The notes beneath the pieces are model-generated. The model was not told the origin of the DNA. It saw nothing but the letters and a program-made list of their open reading frames with translations, and searched no databases. A program made the translations under genes and the position numbers. Positions 1 to 9,827 of a stretch of 64,000 bases of DNA are shown here, piece by piece; positions within the stretch are counted from its first letter, which is position 1; every line of letters begins with the position of its first letter. This DNA comes from an uncultured delta proteobacterium (GTDB taxonomy: Bacteria > Myxococcota_A > Polyangia > Haliangiales > Haliangiaceae), in the NCBI GenBank assembly GCA_963848295.1, contig CAWKDB010000009.1, forward strand, positions 1 through 64,000, given 5' to 3'.

Positions 1-18
1 TAAGCTCAACGTGGGAAA

Positions 19-1659
19 GTGATCGACCAACTCGACGAGAACGCGTTCGCCGCTCTCCTCGACCAAGTACCGCGAGAGCAACGGGCTCAGTTCTCGCAGC
101 TGATGAGGGGCACCACCCGAGCGGATCGAAAACTCAAACTCTGGGCGGAGTCCCACAAGTCGCGCGCGCTTGCGGATGCCAAAACGCTCGATGGCGATTT
201 TGGAGACGAGGATCCCGTTCTTGAGGAAAAGCTCGAGAAGCTTGCGAAGGACCCGCCGAAGAAGGACGAGTCCGCGAACGCGGCTGAGGATAGCGACTCG
301 GAAGACGACGTCACCGAGACGGCCACGGAGACACACCACCATCCACGCACGGCGGCACAGACTCACGCCCTCGATCGTCATAGTCGCCGCGTCACAGCCG
401 TAGAGGATACGTTCGGCGAGGTTGATCAAGAACAGAAGACGCTTCTCGCGAAGGGCAAGAAGCTCACGCTCGACGAGGTCGACGCGATGATCGAACGCAA
501 GGATCTCGAGTATTCGATCGAGCGTGAGCACGACATCGATCTCACCGCTCACGATGAGGATTTCAATGGCGGGCACTACAAGGGGAGCGAGTGGACCGCC
601 GATCAGTTGCGCGAGCTACAGACCCTCCTGCGGCGACTCCCTCCCGAACACGTCGATGGTGACCATGCGTTCACGACCATGAACCGACTCTCGCCTTCCA
701 ACATCACCCAGGCGGGCAATCGAGGCGCCCACACGGCCGATCGGATCGAGGTTTTCGATGGCGCATTCTACCCAGGTGGTGGGCACGATGGCGATCGTCG
801 AGAAATGGTGAGCGACGAATTTCGCAAGCAACATGGCGACAGGGTGACCTCGTTTGAGATGGTCTCGACTCACGAGATCGGACACGACGTCGCAAGACAG
901 AACCCCGAAGCCTTCGCGGAATTTCAGAAGGCTGGCGGTTGGCATGCAGTAGACGCGACGGCGTTGCACGACGACGGTCTAACCGACGAACAGATCCGGA
1001 GCGTCGATCGCAGCGAGCAGACGTCAACGAACCCGAGGTCGGCGGATAGCAAGACGAAGTGGTATTCGCGCAACGTCGAGCCCGGTGGGCCCGCTTACTG
1101 GGCTCAGGACAAGACCGCTACTCCACAGCCATTGCTCGACCTTGACGCCGACGACCATCGTGATCTCACGAATGCTGAGTCTGTCTCCGATGAGTCCAGC
1201 CGCGAAACCTGGAACTATGCCAAGTCGAACCCGCAGGAGCACTTCGCAGAGGTTTACACGAAAGCCGTGAACGCCCCTGAGAAGCTCCATGCCGACCTCG
1301 TCGAGCTCCCACGCGCGGCAGCGCTCGCAGCGCACGCCGACGTCACGCGCCGCGAACAGGCGATCGGGCAACTGGAGAACGCGAAGGGTGATCCGGCACA
1401 ACTCGCGCGCATGCAGGCCGAGCTCGCTGCAGCAAGGGAGCACGCGGTCTACACCGACACTGCGGTCAAGCAACGCGGCGAGCAATTCCGCATCATGCGC
1501 GAAGACGTTTTTCACACCGACCGTGCGGCCTCACAGGCCGTCGCGCGCTTGCGGTTCGCTAACGTGTCGCCCGCGCGTATCACCGCGTTCCAACAGGCCG
1601 CCGAGAAGGCATCGACGCCGGAACAGATCGAGGCGCTCGAGCAAGAGTTTCGAAAGTGA
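19..1659 (+). CDS. Zincin-like HExxH metallopeptidase-domain protein, probably the C-terminal part of a larger polymorphic-toxin-like protein (5' end uncertain)
   Basis: STHEIGHDVA motif plus downstream NPQEHFAEVY (third-ligand-type E motif). A KLNVGK-coding frame runs in from the window edge, suggesting an upstream extension via frameshift. Confidence 0.6.
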   Translation: MIDQLDENAFAALLDQVPREQRAQFSQLMRGTTRADRKLKLWAESHKSRALADAKTLDGDFGDEDPVLEEKLEKLAKDPPKKDESANAAEDSDSEDDVTETATETHHHPRTAAQTHALDRHSRRVTAVEDTFGEVDQEQKTLLAKGKKLTLDEVDAMIERKDLEYSIEREHDIDLTAHDEDFNGGHYKGSEWTADQLRELQTLLRRLPPEHVDGDHAFTTMNRLSPSNITQAGNRGAHTADRIEVFDGAFYPGGGHDGDRREMVSDEFRKQHGDRVTSFEMVSTHEIGHDVARQNPEAFAEFQKAGGWHAVDATALHDDGLTDEQIRSVDRSEQTSTNPRSADSKTKWYSRNVEPGGPAYWAQDKTATPQPLLDLDADDHRDLTNAESVSDESSRETWNYAKSNPQEHFAEVYTKAVNAPEKLHADLVELPRAAALAAHADVTRREQAIGQLENAKGDPAQLARMQAELAAAREHAVYTDTAVKQRGEQFRIMREDVFHTDRAASQAVARLRFANVSPARITAFQQAAEKASTPEQIEALEQEFRK

Positions 1660-2729
1660 ACCGGCGCACGTTCTGCCTCGCGCTCGCAGCGGTCTCCTGC
1701 GGATCGACACCCGGTGCCAGGCGCCGTGTCGCGCACGCACCCCCAGCCACGAAGCCGAGGAGTCCGGTCACCGTCGATCGGGATTCGATCTACACATACA
1801 CCGGCCATAGGAGCCCACTCGCGGTACACGATGACGTCCTCGTTGTCGCCGCATCGGGTGTCCTCGAGCGGTGGGACCTAGTTGCGATGAAGCGCCTCGA
1901 TTCGCTGTCGGTCGCACACAATAGCTACTGCTTCATGCAGGACGGAACGCTGGCGATCTATGCGATCCCGCCAGGTATGGATCACTGTCTCGTTTATCGC
2001 ATCGATCCGAGCGGTGCGGTCGAGACGTTATTCGGGCCCTACGACCCGAAGGTCATCGCGCTCCTCCCGGCCCATGGCACCCGTGACTACTACGGCGTCC
2101 GCGAGGACGATGTGGTGCTGTTCGCCGAGGACCGCGGGCGCGTCGTGATCGCCGCATCCGCGCCCCGGCCCGAGCGAGGTTCGCTGTTTTACAGCCTCGA
2201 TGATGGCCGGATCGTCACTCTGCACACGCAGGTTAATGTGATCGAACCCGGGAAACCGCCGCAGACCTACGCGATGGCTCCGCGAATCCCACTCCACGTC
2301 GCGCCCGCCACAAAGGATCGTTGTTGGTACTCCACCGGCGAGCGAGACGAACGCATTCACTTACTCATCCTGGCGCACCTGACGACACCGACGGTCGTCG
2401 AGCACCAGATCGAGCTCGGTCCGTCGGAGCACATCGTTCATATCGCCTCCTATGGAGACACGCTTGCGGTGTTGGTGTTCTGGACCCGCGCGGGATCGAC
2501 AACACCCGACGATGGCTTCCGGTGGGCCGTACTCGTGTTTGGCGACGACGGCAGCCCGCGCTGGCGAGCCGAGGTCCCACCGGTCCACACTGCCGGCACG
2601 TTCGTCGACCTGAGCACGAAGGGCTTCGTAGCCGTCTCCGAACATCGGATCGTGCTGCGCGGGCTTGGCCGTGTGCTGATGGGGTGGGACGCCAAGACCG
2701 GCACACAAATTCTGCCAGCGCGTACGTGA
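1656..2729 (+). CDS. Lipoprotein, beta-rich/propeller-like; candidate immunity or partner protein
   Basis: MNRRTFCLALAAVSC lipoprotein signal; GTGA overlap with the stop of the upstream ORF. Confidence 0.6.
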   Translation: MNRRTFCLALAAVSCGSTPGARRRVAHAPPATKPRSPVTVDRDSIYTYTGHRSPLAVHDDVLVVAASGVLERWDLVAMKRLDSLSVAHNSYCFMQDGTLAIYAIPPGMDHCLVYRIDPSGAVETLFGPYDPKVIALLPAHGTRDYYGVREDDVVLFAEDRGRVVIAASAPRPERGSLFYSLDDGRIVTLHTQVNVIEPGKPPQTYAMAPRIPLHVAPATKDRCWYSTGERDERIHLLILAHLTTPTVVEHQIELGPSEHIVHIASYGDTLAVLVFWTRAGSTTPDDGFRWAVLVFGDDGSPRWRAEVPPVHTAGTFVDLSTKGFVAVSEHRIVLRGLGRVLMGWDAKTGTQILPART

Positions 2730-2872
2730 TGAAGCGATCCATCGATGGAAGGTAGCCGCGAGTGCGCGCGTGTCCGGTGGTCTACTCTCGTCAGCATGTC
2801 GAACGAGGAGAAAACGAGAGGGCGGTTGACGGCGCCATGGAGGTCTACGGAACGGCGGTAGATAAGGCGCTG

Positions 2873-5086
2873 GCGGACTGATTTGATTGCGGGCTTGCGC
2901 AGTGGCGGTCGGATCCGCAGAAAGGGGAACTTTTCCCGGTCGTGCCGGAATTTCGGAACGGTGGCGATTGTCTTCAGGGCGATGGAAGCTCTCGACCTCG
3001 CCTTGCAGGAGTTGCCGCGGTCATCGAAGTACGAGGTCCGTCGGTTTCGGATGATGGCGCAGTCGTGGTCGATGGCACGATTGCGAACGTGTTCATCGGC
3101 GGCACGCTGATCGGCACGTTCGACGAGGAGGACGATGATCGCGGACCGAGGAACGTCCTCGTGGTGACGCTCGCGAAGTCAGGGCAGCTCCATCTGCAGC
3201 GCCTGGCGGCGGCGTTCGGGCTCGACGACGAGTATGTGCGGCGACTGCGGCGTAAGGAAGAAGCAGGCGGTTTCGGCGCGGTGCTGGGAAAGCGGCAAGG
3301 CAAGAACTCGACGGTGAGGCCGGAACTACGCGCAGCGTGGTTCGCGATGTTCGACGCAGGACAGACGCCCAAGGATGCACACCGCGAGCAGCCGCGGAAG
3401 GGACGACATTCGTACTCGACGGCGTGGCGCATCCACGACGAGTGGAAACGCACCCGAGCTGCCGAGCCGACGAAGCGCACGCTGCCGGCGGAGCCGCGGC
3501 CTCCGAGCGAGGGTCAGCTGGTCTTGTGGCAGACGGCAACCGCGGCAACCGCCGCCGAAGACCTCGTAATGCCCGAAGAGCCGAGCGCAGAGATAGTGCC
3601 GATGACGGCGCAGCCGGTCCGTGGCGGGAAGATGATCCAGCACGTGGGCAGCTGGATGCTACTTGCGCTCGCGGGCGAGCTCGGGCTCCACGAAGAAGCG
3701 CAACATGCGTTCGAGAGCCGAAATCGCGACGGGCTGAGGATTGCGCTCATGCGGTGATCTGCGTGCTTGCTATTAAGCAGTTCGTCGTCGAGGGCGTGCG
3801 ACGACTCGCGACTCCGACGGGGCCTGCGCTACTTCGTGCCGAGCGCGTGCCGACCCCAGTGGCGTGCGCAAGCTCCTGGGGCGGCTGCTCGAGCAGACCG
3901 ACGGTGGCGCGGCGCTCGACGCCCGGATGGCGGCACGCTTCATCGCCGCGGCCCGCAGCGACGACGGCCCCGCCGTCTTCTACATCGACAATCACATGCG
4001 GCCCTACACCGGCCAGCACGTCGTGCGAAAGGGCTGGCGCATGCAGGACAGGCGCGTTCGGCCCGGGATGAGCGACTATTACGTGCACGACGAGGATGGT
4101 CGGCCGCTGTTTCGGGTCGAGGTCGCGTCGCACGACAGCCTGACCACCTGGCTGCCACCGCTGGCAAGCGATTGCGCGAGGCGCTCGGCGAGGGCGAGCA
4201 GATTGTGCTCGCCTTCGATCGCGCCGGCGCCTTTGCGGAGTCGCTGGCGGACCTGCGCGACACGGGCTTCGAGTTCGTGACGTACGAGCGCAAGCCTTTC
4301 CCCGAGCTACCGGCGAGCGCCTTTTCTCCGACGACGATTGCCGGAGACGAGGTGTTCTGCACGAGAGTCGGCTGCGCAACCTCGGCGCGGGCCGCGGTCG
4401 CTTGCGTCGCATCGCGATGCGACGAGGATGGTCGTCAGGTAAACTTGCTCGCGATCTCGAAGCTGCCGGCCGCGCGGCTCATCGAAGATCATGCGGGAGC
4501 GATGGCGGCAAGAGAACGGTTTCAAGCACGGCGTCGAGCGCTGGGGCATCAACCAGCTCGACGGTCGCAGCGTCGAGCCGTATCCGCCGGGCACGATCGT
4601 TCCGAACCCGAGACGCCGTCGACTCGATCGTGCTTGCGCCTCGCACGCGTCGCCGAAGGAGATGCGCGGCGCGACCTCGCGCGCTTCGCACCGACCGACA
4701 AGCGCCACGTCGCGGCCGAAGTGGACCTCGCCGATGCGCTCGAGCGGCAGCACCGCCTCGAGGATCTCCGGCCATGGCTCCCGTCGCATGCCCCAGTAGA
4801 GGAGACCGAGCTCGCCGGCAAGCTCGTCCGCCACGACGGCAGACTCAAGACGATCATCGACGTGATCGCGTAGTCTGTGCGAACGCGGAGTCCGACCTCG
4901 CGTCGATGCTCGCACCGCACTTGCGCCGGCCGCGTGAGGCCAAGAAGCTCGTCGGGAATCTCGCGGCCCCCGGAAGCGTCGCCATCACCGACGAAGCCGT
5001 CCACATTCGGCTCGCGCCGGCCGCGACACCTCGAGCGGAGGGATTAGATTTGTATGATAAGAGGGAATAGGAGATGAAGTGTGTAG
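2873..5086 (+). mobile_element. IS copy 1 (frameshifted, 3'-corrupted copy of the IS at 47754-50074); transposase starts at 2982
   Basis: Near-identical DNA to the 47.7-50.0 kb element. ORF fragments 2942..3757, 3864..4280 and 4491..4799 match the intact transposase. The right terminal repeat is absent. Confidence 0.85.
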
Positions 5087-5178
5087 AGAAAAGGGCACGG
5101 TGCCGGAGCCGCCACGAAGAGCATCGTCGGCTTCCTCCTAGCGCCGCTTCGGCGTCTTGGCGACGGCGGGCGGAGCGG

Positions 5179-5199
5179 CGTGGCAGCAACGTGGCAGCA
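5179..5199. repeat. Tandem direct repeat CGTGGCAGCA x2 (11-bp period); putative integrase arm-type sites
   Basis: Copies at 5179-5188 and 5190-5199, 36 bp from the tRNA-Glu 3' end. Confidence 0.6.
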
Positions 5200-5234
5200 C
5201 ACGCGGAAGAAGCGATCCAAGTAGCCGTAAATAC

Positions 5235-5309
5235 TGGTGACCCCATTGGGACTTGAACCCAAGTTTTCGCCGTGAGAGGGCGACGTCCTAACCGCTAGAC
5301 TATGGGGCC
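5235..5309 (-). tRNA. tRNA-Glu (CTC)
   Basis: Reverse complement GGCCCCATAGTCTAGCGGTTAGGACGTCGCCCTCTCACGGCGAAAACTTGGGTTCAAGTCCCAATGGGGTCACCA: cloverleaf, CTC anticodon, encoded CCA. Confidence 0.97.
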
Positions 5310-5356
5310 GGTGGAGCGCTGCTTGTACCCGTCGTCGTCGCTTGGGTCAAGCTGCT

Positions 5357-5430
5357 TGGTTCGGGGACAAGGATTCGAACCTTGATAGTCAGATCCAGAG
5401 TCTGACGTCCTGCCATTAGACGATCCCCGA
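5357..5430 (-). tRNA. tRNA-Gln (CTG)
   Basis: Reverse complement TCGGGGATCGTCTAATGGCAGGACGTCAGACTCTGGATCTGACTATCAAGGTTCGAATCCTTGTCCCCGAACCA: cloverleaf, CTG anticodon, GGTTCGAATCC T-arm, CCA. Confidence 0.97.
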
Positions 5431-5472
5431 GTGAACCGCCGTGCGCATAGGTAACGGGCGCGCGCCGTTTCG

Positions 5473-5800
5473 TCAAGGGGCTGGTCGCGGGACGAAGAAG
5501 ATCAGGGTCTTGCCGTCCTTGCGGAGGACGTGGACGGCCAGCCACGGCGTCGAGGGCGTGCGGCTGACGAAGCGCGTGAGCTCGACGCCCCGCTCGCGGT
5601 AGGGGCCGACCTGCTCCACGGCGATGCCGCGACGCTCGAGCTCCTTGGCGATGAGATCGGTGGCGTCGCGCAGGCCGCGGCCGGAGACCAGCTGGCCGGC
5701 GGCGTCCTTGCGCGTGCCCGGTGGGAGCCGGAGGTCGGGATCCGCCCACGACTTCGTCGCAGAGATCGAGAATCAGCGCGGCAACCAATCCGTAACGCAC
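5473..5800 (-). CDS. Small secreted hypothetical protein (one frameshift near 5760)
   Basis: Manual reading gives VRYGLVAALIL../..SATKSWADPDLRLPPGTRKDAAGQLVSGRGLRDATDLIAKELERRG...WLAVHVLRKDGKTLIFFVPRPAP*, with high-GC3 codon usage. Confidence 0.55.
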
Positions 5801-5825
5801 CGGAGCGGATGGTAGCATCCGCGCC

Positions 5826-6635
5826 ATGCGCATCGCGATGACCCTGCTCGCTCTCTCCCTGTCTCTGACCGCTTGCAAGAAGAAGGGGGAGGAGCCGCCG
5901 CCCGCCGGCGGATCCGGATCCGCGATGGCGACGGGCTCGGGCTCCGGATCGGCGGCGGCGATGGCGACCGGATCCGGATCGGGATCGGCCGCGATGGCGA
6001 CGGGCTCGGGCTCGGCCGCCGGCTCGGACATGGGCTCCGGCTCGGCCGCCGGGAGCGGGAGCGCGATGGCCGGATCGGGCAGCGCGGCGGGCAGCGGCTC
6101 GGGGAGCGGCGGTGACCTGGCGATGGCGCACCGCGCCGGCATGTGCCCGAGCACGGTGTTCGGCTCGACCACGAAGGCCGCGGCGAAGGACGGCAAGGTG
6201 ACCGTGACGATCACCTCGGACGACAAGGACGCGATCATCGCGATCCAGAAGCGCACCGACGAGTCCCTCAAGGAGAAGGTCGCGAACAACACCGGCGGCA
6301 ACGCGGGCAGCGGGCACGATCAGAAGGGCACGCACGGCGGCGGGATCGGCCTGTGCCCGATCCACGTGCCGGAGGGCGCGACGGCCACGGCGAAGAACGA
6401 GGCGAAGGGCGTCGTCGTCACGATCGCGCCGAAGAATCCGAAAGATGCGGACGCGCTCAAGACCGAGATCGATGGCCGCATCGCGAAGTCGGCGGACTGG
6501 ATGAAGGCGAACATCAAGCCGGGCGACGCCAAGAACCAGGGCGGCGACGGCGGCGGCAAGGGCCCGCACGGCTCGAACCACACCGGTAACGGCAACGGCA
6601 CGGGCAAGGACAAGAAGGGCAGCGCCGCGAAGTAG
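5826..6635 (+). CDS. Gly/Ser-rich lipoprotein
   Basis: LSLTAC lipobox, (GSGSAAMA)n linker, then a Lys-rich domain with Cys/His (MCPS...HGGGIGLCPIH). Confidence 0.8.
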   Translation: MRIAMTLLALSLSLTACKKKGEEPPPAGGSGSAMATGSGSGSAAAMATGSGSGSAAMATGSGSAAGSDMGSGSAAGSGSAMAGSGSAAGSGSGSGGDLAMAHRAGMCPSTVFGSTTKAAAKDGKVTVTITSDDKDAIIAIQKRTDESLKEKVANNTGGNAGSGHDQKGTHGGGIGLCPIHVPEGATATAKNEAKGVVVTIAPKNPKDADALKTEIDGRIAKSADWMKANIKPGDAKNQGGDGGGKGPHGSNHTGNGNGTGKDKKGSAAK

Positions 6636-6658
6636 GCGTCGCGTGTTACCGTAGCGCC

Positions 6659-8455
6659 GTGGCCGCGGGCACGCGTCATCCCGGCTGGGCGCTCGCAGGG
6701 CTGCTCGTGCTCCTGACGGTGCCCCTCGGCGTGTGGGCCTCCGGCCGGTCGAGCGAGGCGCGACAGCACATCGAGATCCTCGCGCCCACGGTGCCGCAGC
6801 CGACGCGGCCGGGCTACGCGACGTCCGATCGCTGCGAGGCGTGTCACCCGTCGCAGTACGAGTCGTGGCACCGCGGCTATCACCGCACGATGACGCAGTA
6901 CGCGTCGCCGGCGTCGGTGCGCGGCAACTTCGAGAACGTGCACCTCGAGGGCGGCGGCTACGACGTCACCCTGTCGCACCGCGAGGACTCGTTCTTCGCC
7001 GAGATGATCGATCCGCTGTGGCAGTACGAGGTCGATTTCGGCCAGCGCGACCCGCACGAGGCGCCGCCGCGCGTCGAGCGCCGGATCTCGCTCGTCACCG
7101 GCTCGCACCACATGCAGGCGTACTGGGTGTCGTCGGGGATCGACAACGCGCAGATGTCGCTGCCGTTCACGTACCTGTTCGACGACCAGCGCTGGGTGCC
7201 GCGCGGCGACGTGTTCCTGCACCCGCCCGACGACCATCGCCACCAGATCCAGGTGTGGAACGTGAGCTGTATCCGCTGCCACGCGACGGGCGGCCAGCCG
7301 CTCACCGGCAGCCAGCCGATCCAGACGCGCGTCGCCGAGATGGGCATCGCGTGCGAGCAGTGCCACGGCCCCGCGGAGAAGCACATCGCCGCGAACCAGA
7401 GCCCGCTGCGGCGCTACCTGCGGCACGTGCAGGGCGGCGGCGACGACACGATCGTCAACCCGGCGCGCCTGCCGGCGAACGCGGGCTCGCAGGTGTGCGG
7501 GCAGTGCCACTCGCTGACCGAGGTCAGCCCCGACATCGAGCTCGGCGAGGGCAAGAAGTACCAGCCCGGCGACGATCTCGAGGCGACGCAGCCCCTGCTC
7601 CGCCCGCTCCACCCGACGCCCGCGCTGCGCAAGCACCTCGCCGAGGATGCGCTGTACCTCAAGAACTACGCCTGGGCCGACGGCACGATCCGCGTGTCGA
7701 GCCGCGACTACAGCGGCATGATCGAATCGAAGTGCATGACGGGCGGCAAGCTGGGCTGCACGAGCTGCCACTCGCTGCACGAGAGCGATCCGAACATGCT
7801 CGTCGCGGACGGCAAGGACGGCGACGGGGCGTGCACCGGCTGCCACCCCGCGATCACCGCCGCGCACACGCACCACGCGCCCGCGTCGGCCGGCAGCCGC
7901 TGCGTGAACTGCCACATGCCGCACACCGTCTACGGGCTCCTGAAGGGCATCCGCAACCACCGCATCGACAGCCCGGTCGTCACCGGCAAGCTCGGCGGCG
8001 ACGAGCGCCCGAACGCGTGCAACCTGTGTCACGTCGACAAGAGCCTCGCGTGGACGGCGCAGCAGCTCGCCGGGTGGTGGAAGCAGCCGGTCGTGGCCGG
8101 CCTGCCCGACGAGCCCGCGGCCGTGACGTGGCTCCTGTCCGGCGATGCGGTGCTGCGCGCGCTCGCCGCGTGGCACCTCGGCTGGCAGCCGGCGAGGCAG
8201 GCCGCGCCGAAGTTCGACGCGACGCCGTATCTCGTCGGCGCGCTCGCCGATCCGTACGCGGCGGTGCGCTACGTCGCGGGCCACGCGCTCGCGAACCTCG
8301 ATCCCGCGAACCAGTTCGACTACCTCGCGCCGCCCGATCAGCGCGCGGCCGCCGCGGCGGCGATCCTGAAGCGCTGGGGCGGCGACGCGCACGCGAGCGA
8401 CATCCAGCGACTCGTCGGCAAGCGCGACGACACACCCGTGCAGGCGATGGAGTAG
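6659..8455 (+). CDS. Multiheme (8 x CxxCH) c-type cytochrome with C-terminal HEAT-like repeats
   Basis: CEACH, CIRCH, CEQCH, CGQCH, CTSCH, CTGCH, CVNCH, CNLCH; N-terminal TM/signal; LADPYAAVRYVAGHAL HEAT-like helix pair. Confidence 0.9.
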   Translation: MAAGTRHPGWALAGLLVLLTVPLGVWASGRSSEARQHIEILAPTVPQPTRPGYATSDRCEACHPSQYESWHRGYHRTMTQYASPASVRGNFENVHLEGGGYDVTLSHREDSFFAEMIDPLWQYEVDFGQRDPHEAPPRVERRISLVTGSHHMQAYWVSSGIDNAQMSLPFTYLFDDQRWVPRGDVFLHPPDDHRHQIQVWNVSCIRCHATGGQPLTGSQPIQTRVAEMGIACEQCHGPAEKHIAANQSPLRRYLRHVQGGGDDTIVNPARLPANAGSQVCGQCHSLTEVSPDIELGEGKKYQPGDDLEATQPLLRPLHPTPALRKHLAEDALYLKNYAWADGTIRVSSRDYSGMIESKCMTGGKLGCTSCHSLHESDPNMLVADGKDGDGACTGCHPAITAAHTHHAPASAGSRCVNCHMPHTVYGLLKGIRNHRIDSPVVTGKLGGDERPNACNLCHVDKSLAWTAQQLAGWWKQPVVAGLPDEPAAVTWLLSGDAVLRALAAWHLGWQPARQAAPKFDATPYLVGALADPYAAVRYVAGHALANLDPANQFDYLAPPDQRAAAAAAILKRWGGDAHASDIQRLVGKRDDTPVQAME

Positions 8456-8457
8456 AC

Positions 8458-8937
8458 GTGGCCAAGAAGTCCGAAGCACCCGTGCCCGCACCCACGCCGC
8501 CGGCCGTCGACGACGAGCTGGTTCGCCGCCACCTCGCGTTCGGCTGGTGGGCCCTCGCCGTGTTCACGCTCGCGGGCCTCGTGCTCGAGGCCGCGCACGG
8601 CCTCAAGCTCGGCTGGTATCTCGACCTGACGAACGCGACGCGGCGCCTGTCGTTCACGCTCGGTCACGCGCACGGCACGCTGCTCGGCCTGGTGAACATC
8701 GCGTTCGCGGTGTCAATCAAGCACGCGAAGCTGTCGCCGGTGGCGCTCCTGCGCGCGTCGTGGGCGCTGCGCGCGGCGACCGTGCTGATGCCGCTCGGCT
8801 TCTTCGCGGGCGGCGTGGTGTTCTACGGCGGCGATCCGGGTATCGGCATCGCGCTCGTGCCGCCCGCCGCGCTGGTGCTCGTGATCGGCATCGTGGCGTT
8901 CGCGCGCGGGTTCTCGGCTACCGACGCGCGACGATGA
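8458..8937 (+). CDS. Four-TM membrane protein with conserved-looking His residues (LEAAHG, GHAHG)
   Basis: C-terminal 159 aa of ORF 6733..8937; GTG start 2 nt after the cytochrome stop. Confidence 0.75.
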   Translation: MAKKSEAPVPAPTPPAVDDELVRRHLAFGWWALAVFTLAGLVLEAAHGLKLGWYLDLTNATRRLSFTLGHAHGTLLGLVNIAFAVSIKHAKLSPVALLRASWALRAATVLMPLGFFAGGVVFYGGDPGIGIALVPPAALVLVIGIVAFARGFSATDARR

Positions 8938-9728
8938 CGCGGCGCTGGCCGCGCAACGCGATGTAGACGAGGTCGTCCGTCGCGGCGAGCGCCGCCGGCT
9001 CCCACGCGCCCGCGCAGATCGTGCGCTGGCGGCCGTCGAGCCAGATCTGGCGGACCACCCCGCGCGCGTGCTGCGCGTCGTGCGTGGCGACGAGCACCGA
9101 GCTGATCCCCGCCGGGCACACCGCGACCGGCCGGTCGATGTCCTCGGCGAGCGGCGCGCAGTAGACCGCGTGGCCGTCGACGAGCTCCACGCGATAGAGC
9201 GCCGCGAGCCCGGTGTCCGCGACCACGAGCGTCGGTCCGAGCTTCGCAATCGCGAGCGGCCGCGCGAACCCGCACGCGACGCCGATGGTCTCGTGCGTCT
9301 CGAGGTCGACGCGCGCGACGATGCCCTCGGTGCCGCCGTCGAGGTACTGCGTCGTGAACAGCGCGTGCGCGCTCGGGTCGTACGCGATGCCCGCGCCGGA
9401 TCCACCGCGGCCCGAGCGCCGAGGTCGCCGACTCGATCGGCTCGGGCGCCGCGCCGATCCGGTACACCGCGCCGGGCTGCGGCCGCGTCGCGAACACGGT
9501 GCCGTCGGGCGCGACCGCGATGCCGCCGACGCGATCCGTGCCGATGCCGTCGCCCGAATCGAGCTGCGCGACGCGCTTTCGCTGCCAGCCGTCGAGCGCG
9601 AGGATCGTCCCCGAGCGGCCCTCGGCGACGTAGAGCACGCCGCGCCGCGGGTCGTACACGAGCGCGCTCGGATCGCCCGAGAGCTGGAGCGGAGGCAGCT
9701 CGTCGTCGAGCTCGAGGGCCGCGGTCAT
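8918..9728 (-). CDS. NHL/SMP-30-like beta-propeller protein (frameshifted)
   Basis: PSALVYDPRRGVLYVAE, GGIAVAPDGTVF and EPAALAATDDLVYIA repeats across ORFs 8823..9761 and 8918..9226. Confidence 0.65.
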
Positions 9729-9741
9729 GATGACAAGGACC

Positions 9742-9757
9742 TGCGATCGGCGTGCCG
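9742..9757 (-). promoter_or_regulatory. Sigma54 -24/-12 promoter
   Basis: CGGCACGCCGATCGCA (GG-N10-GC), 13 nt before the ATG at 9728. Confidence 0.6.
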
Positions 9758-9827
9758 ACATTCCCGCCGCGGGAACCGCGCCAATTCGCTCGTGTCATCT
9801 CGCTGTCGTCGGTGACTCGGGTCCGCG

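Noticed and set aside
5037..5095. Purine/AT-rich tract as promoter, RBS array or small ORF (5044..5262, 5074..5256)
   Set aside because: It is explained as a C-deleted copy of the IS 3' region.
5448..5476. Sigma70 promoter for the tRNA pair (TTGACG-17-TACCTA, minus strand)
   Set aside because: The -35 is good but the -10 is poor, which is not enough to list it as a feature.
5905..6110. GGATCCGG/GGCTCGG repeats
   Set aside because: They are coding low-complexity sequence (the Gly-Ser linker of a lipoprotein).
6320..8491. Long antisense/alternate-frame ORFs (e.g. 6320..8491, 8713..10692, 18324..20978, 20921..23236)
   Set aside because: These are Arg/Ala/Pro-rich shadow ORFs typical of high-GC DNA, overlapping well-supported genes.
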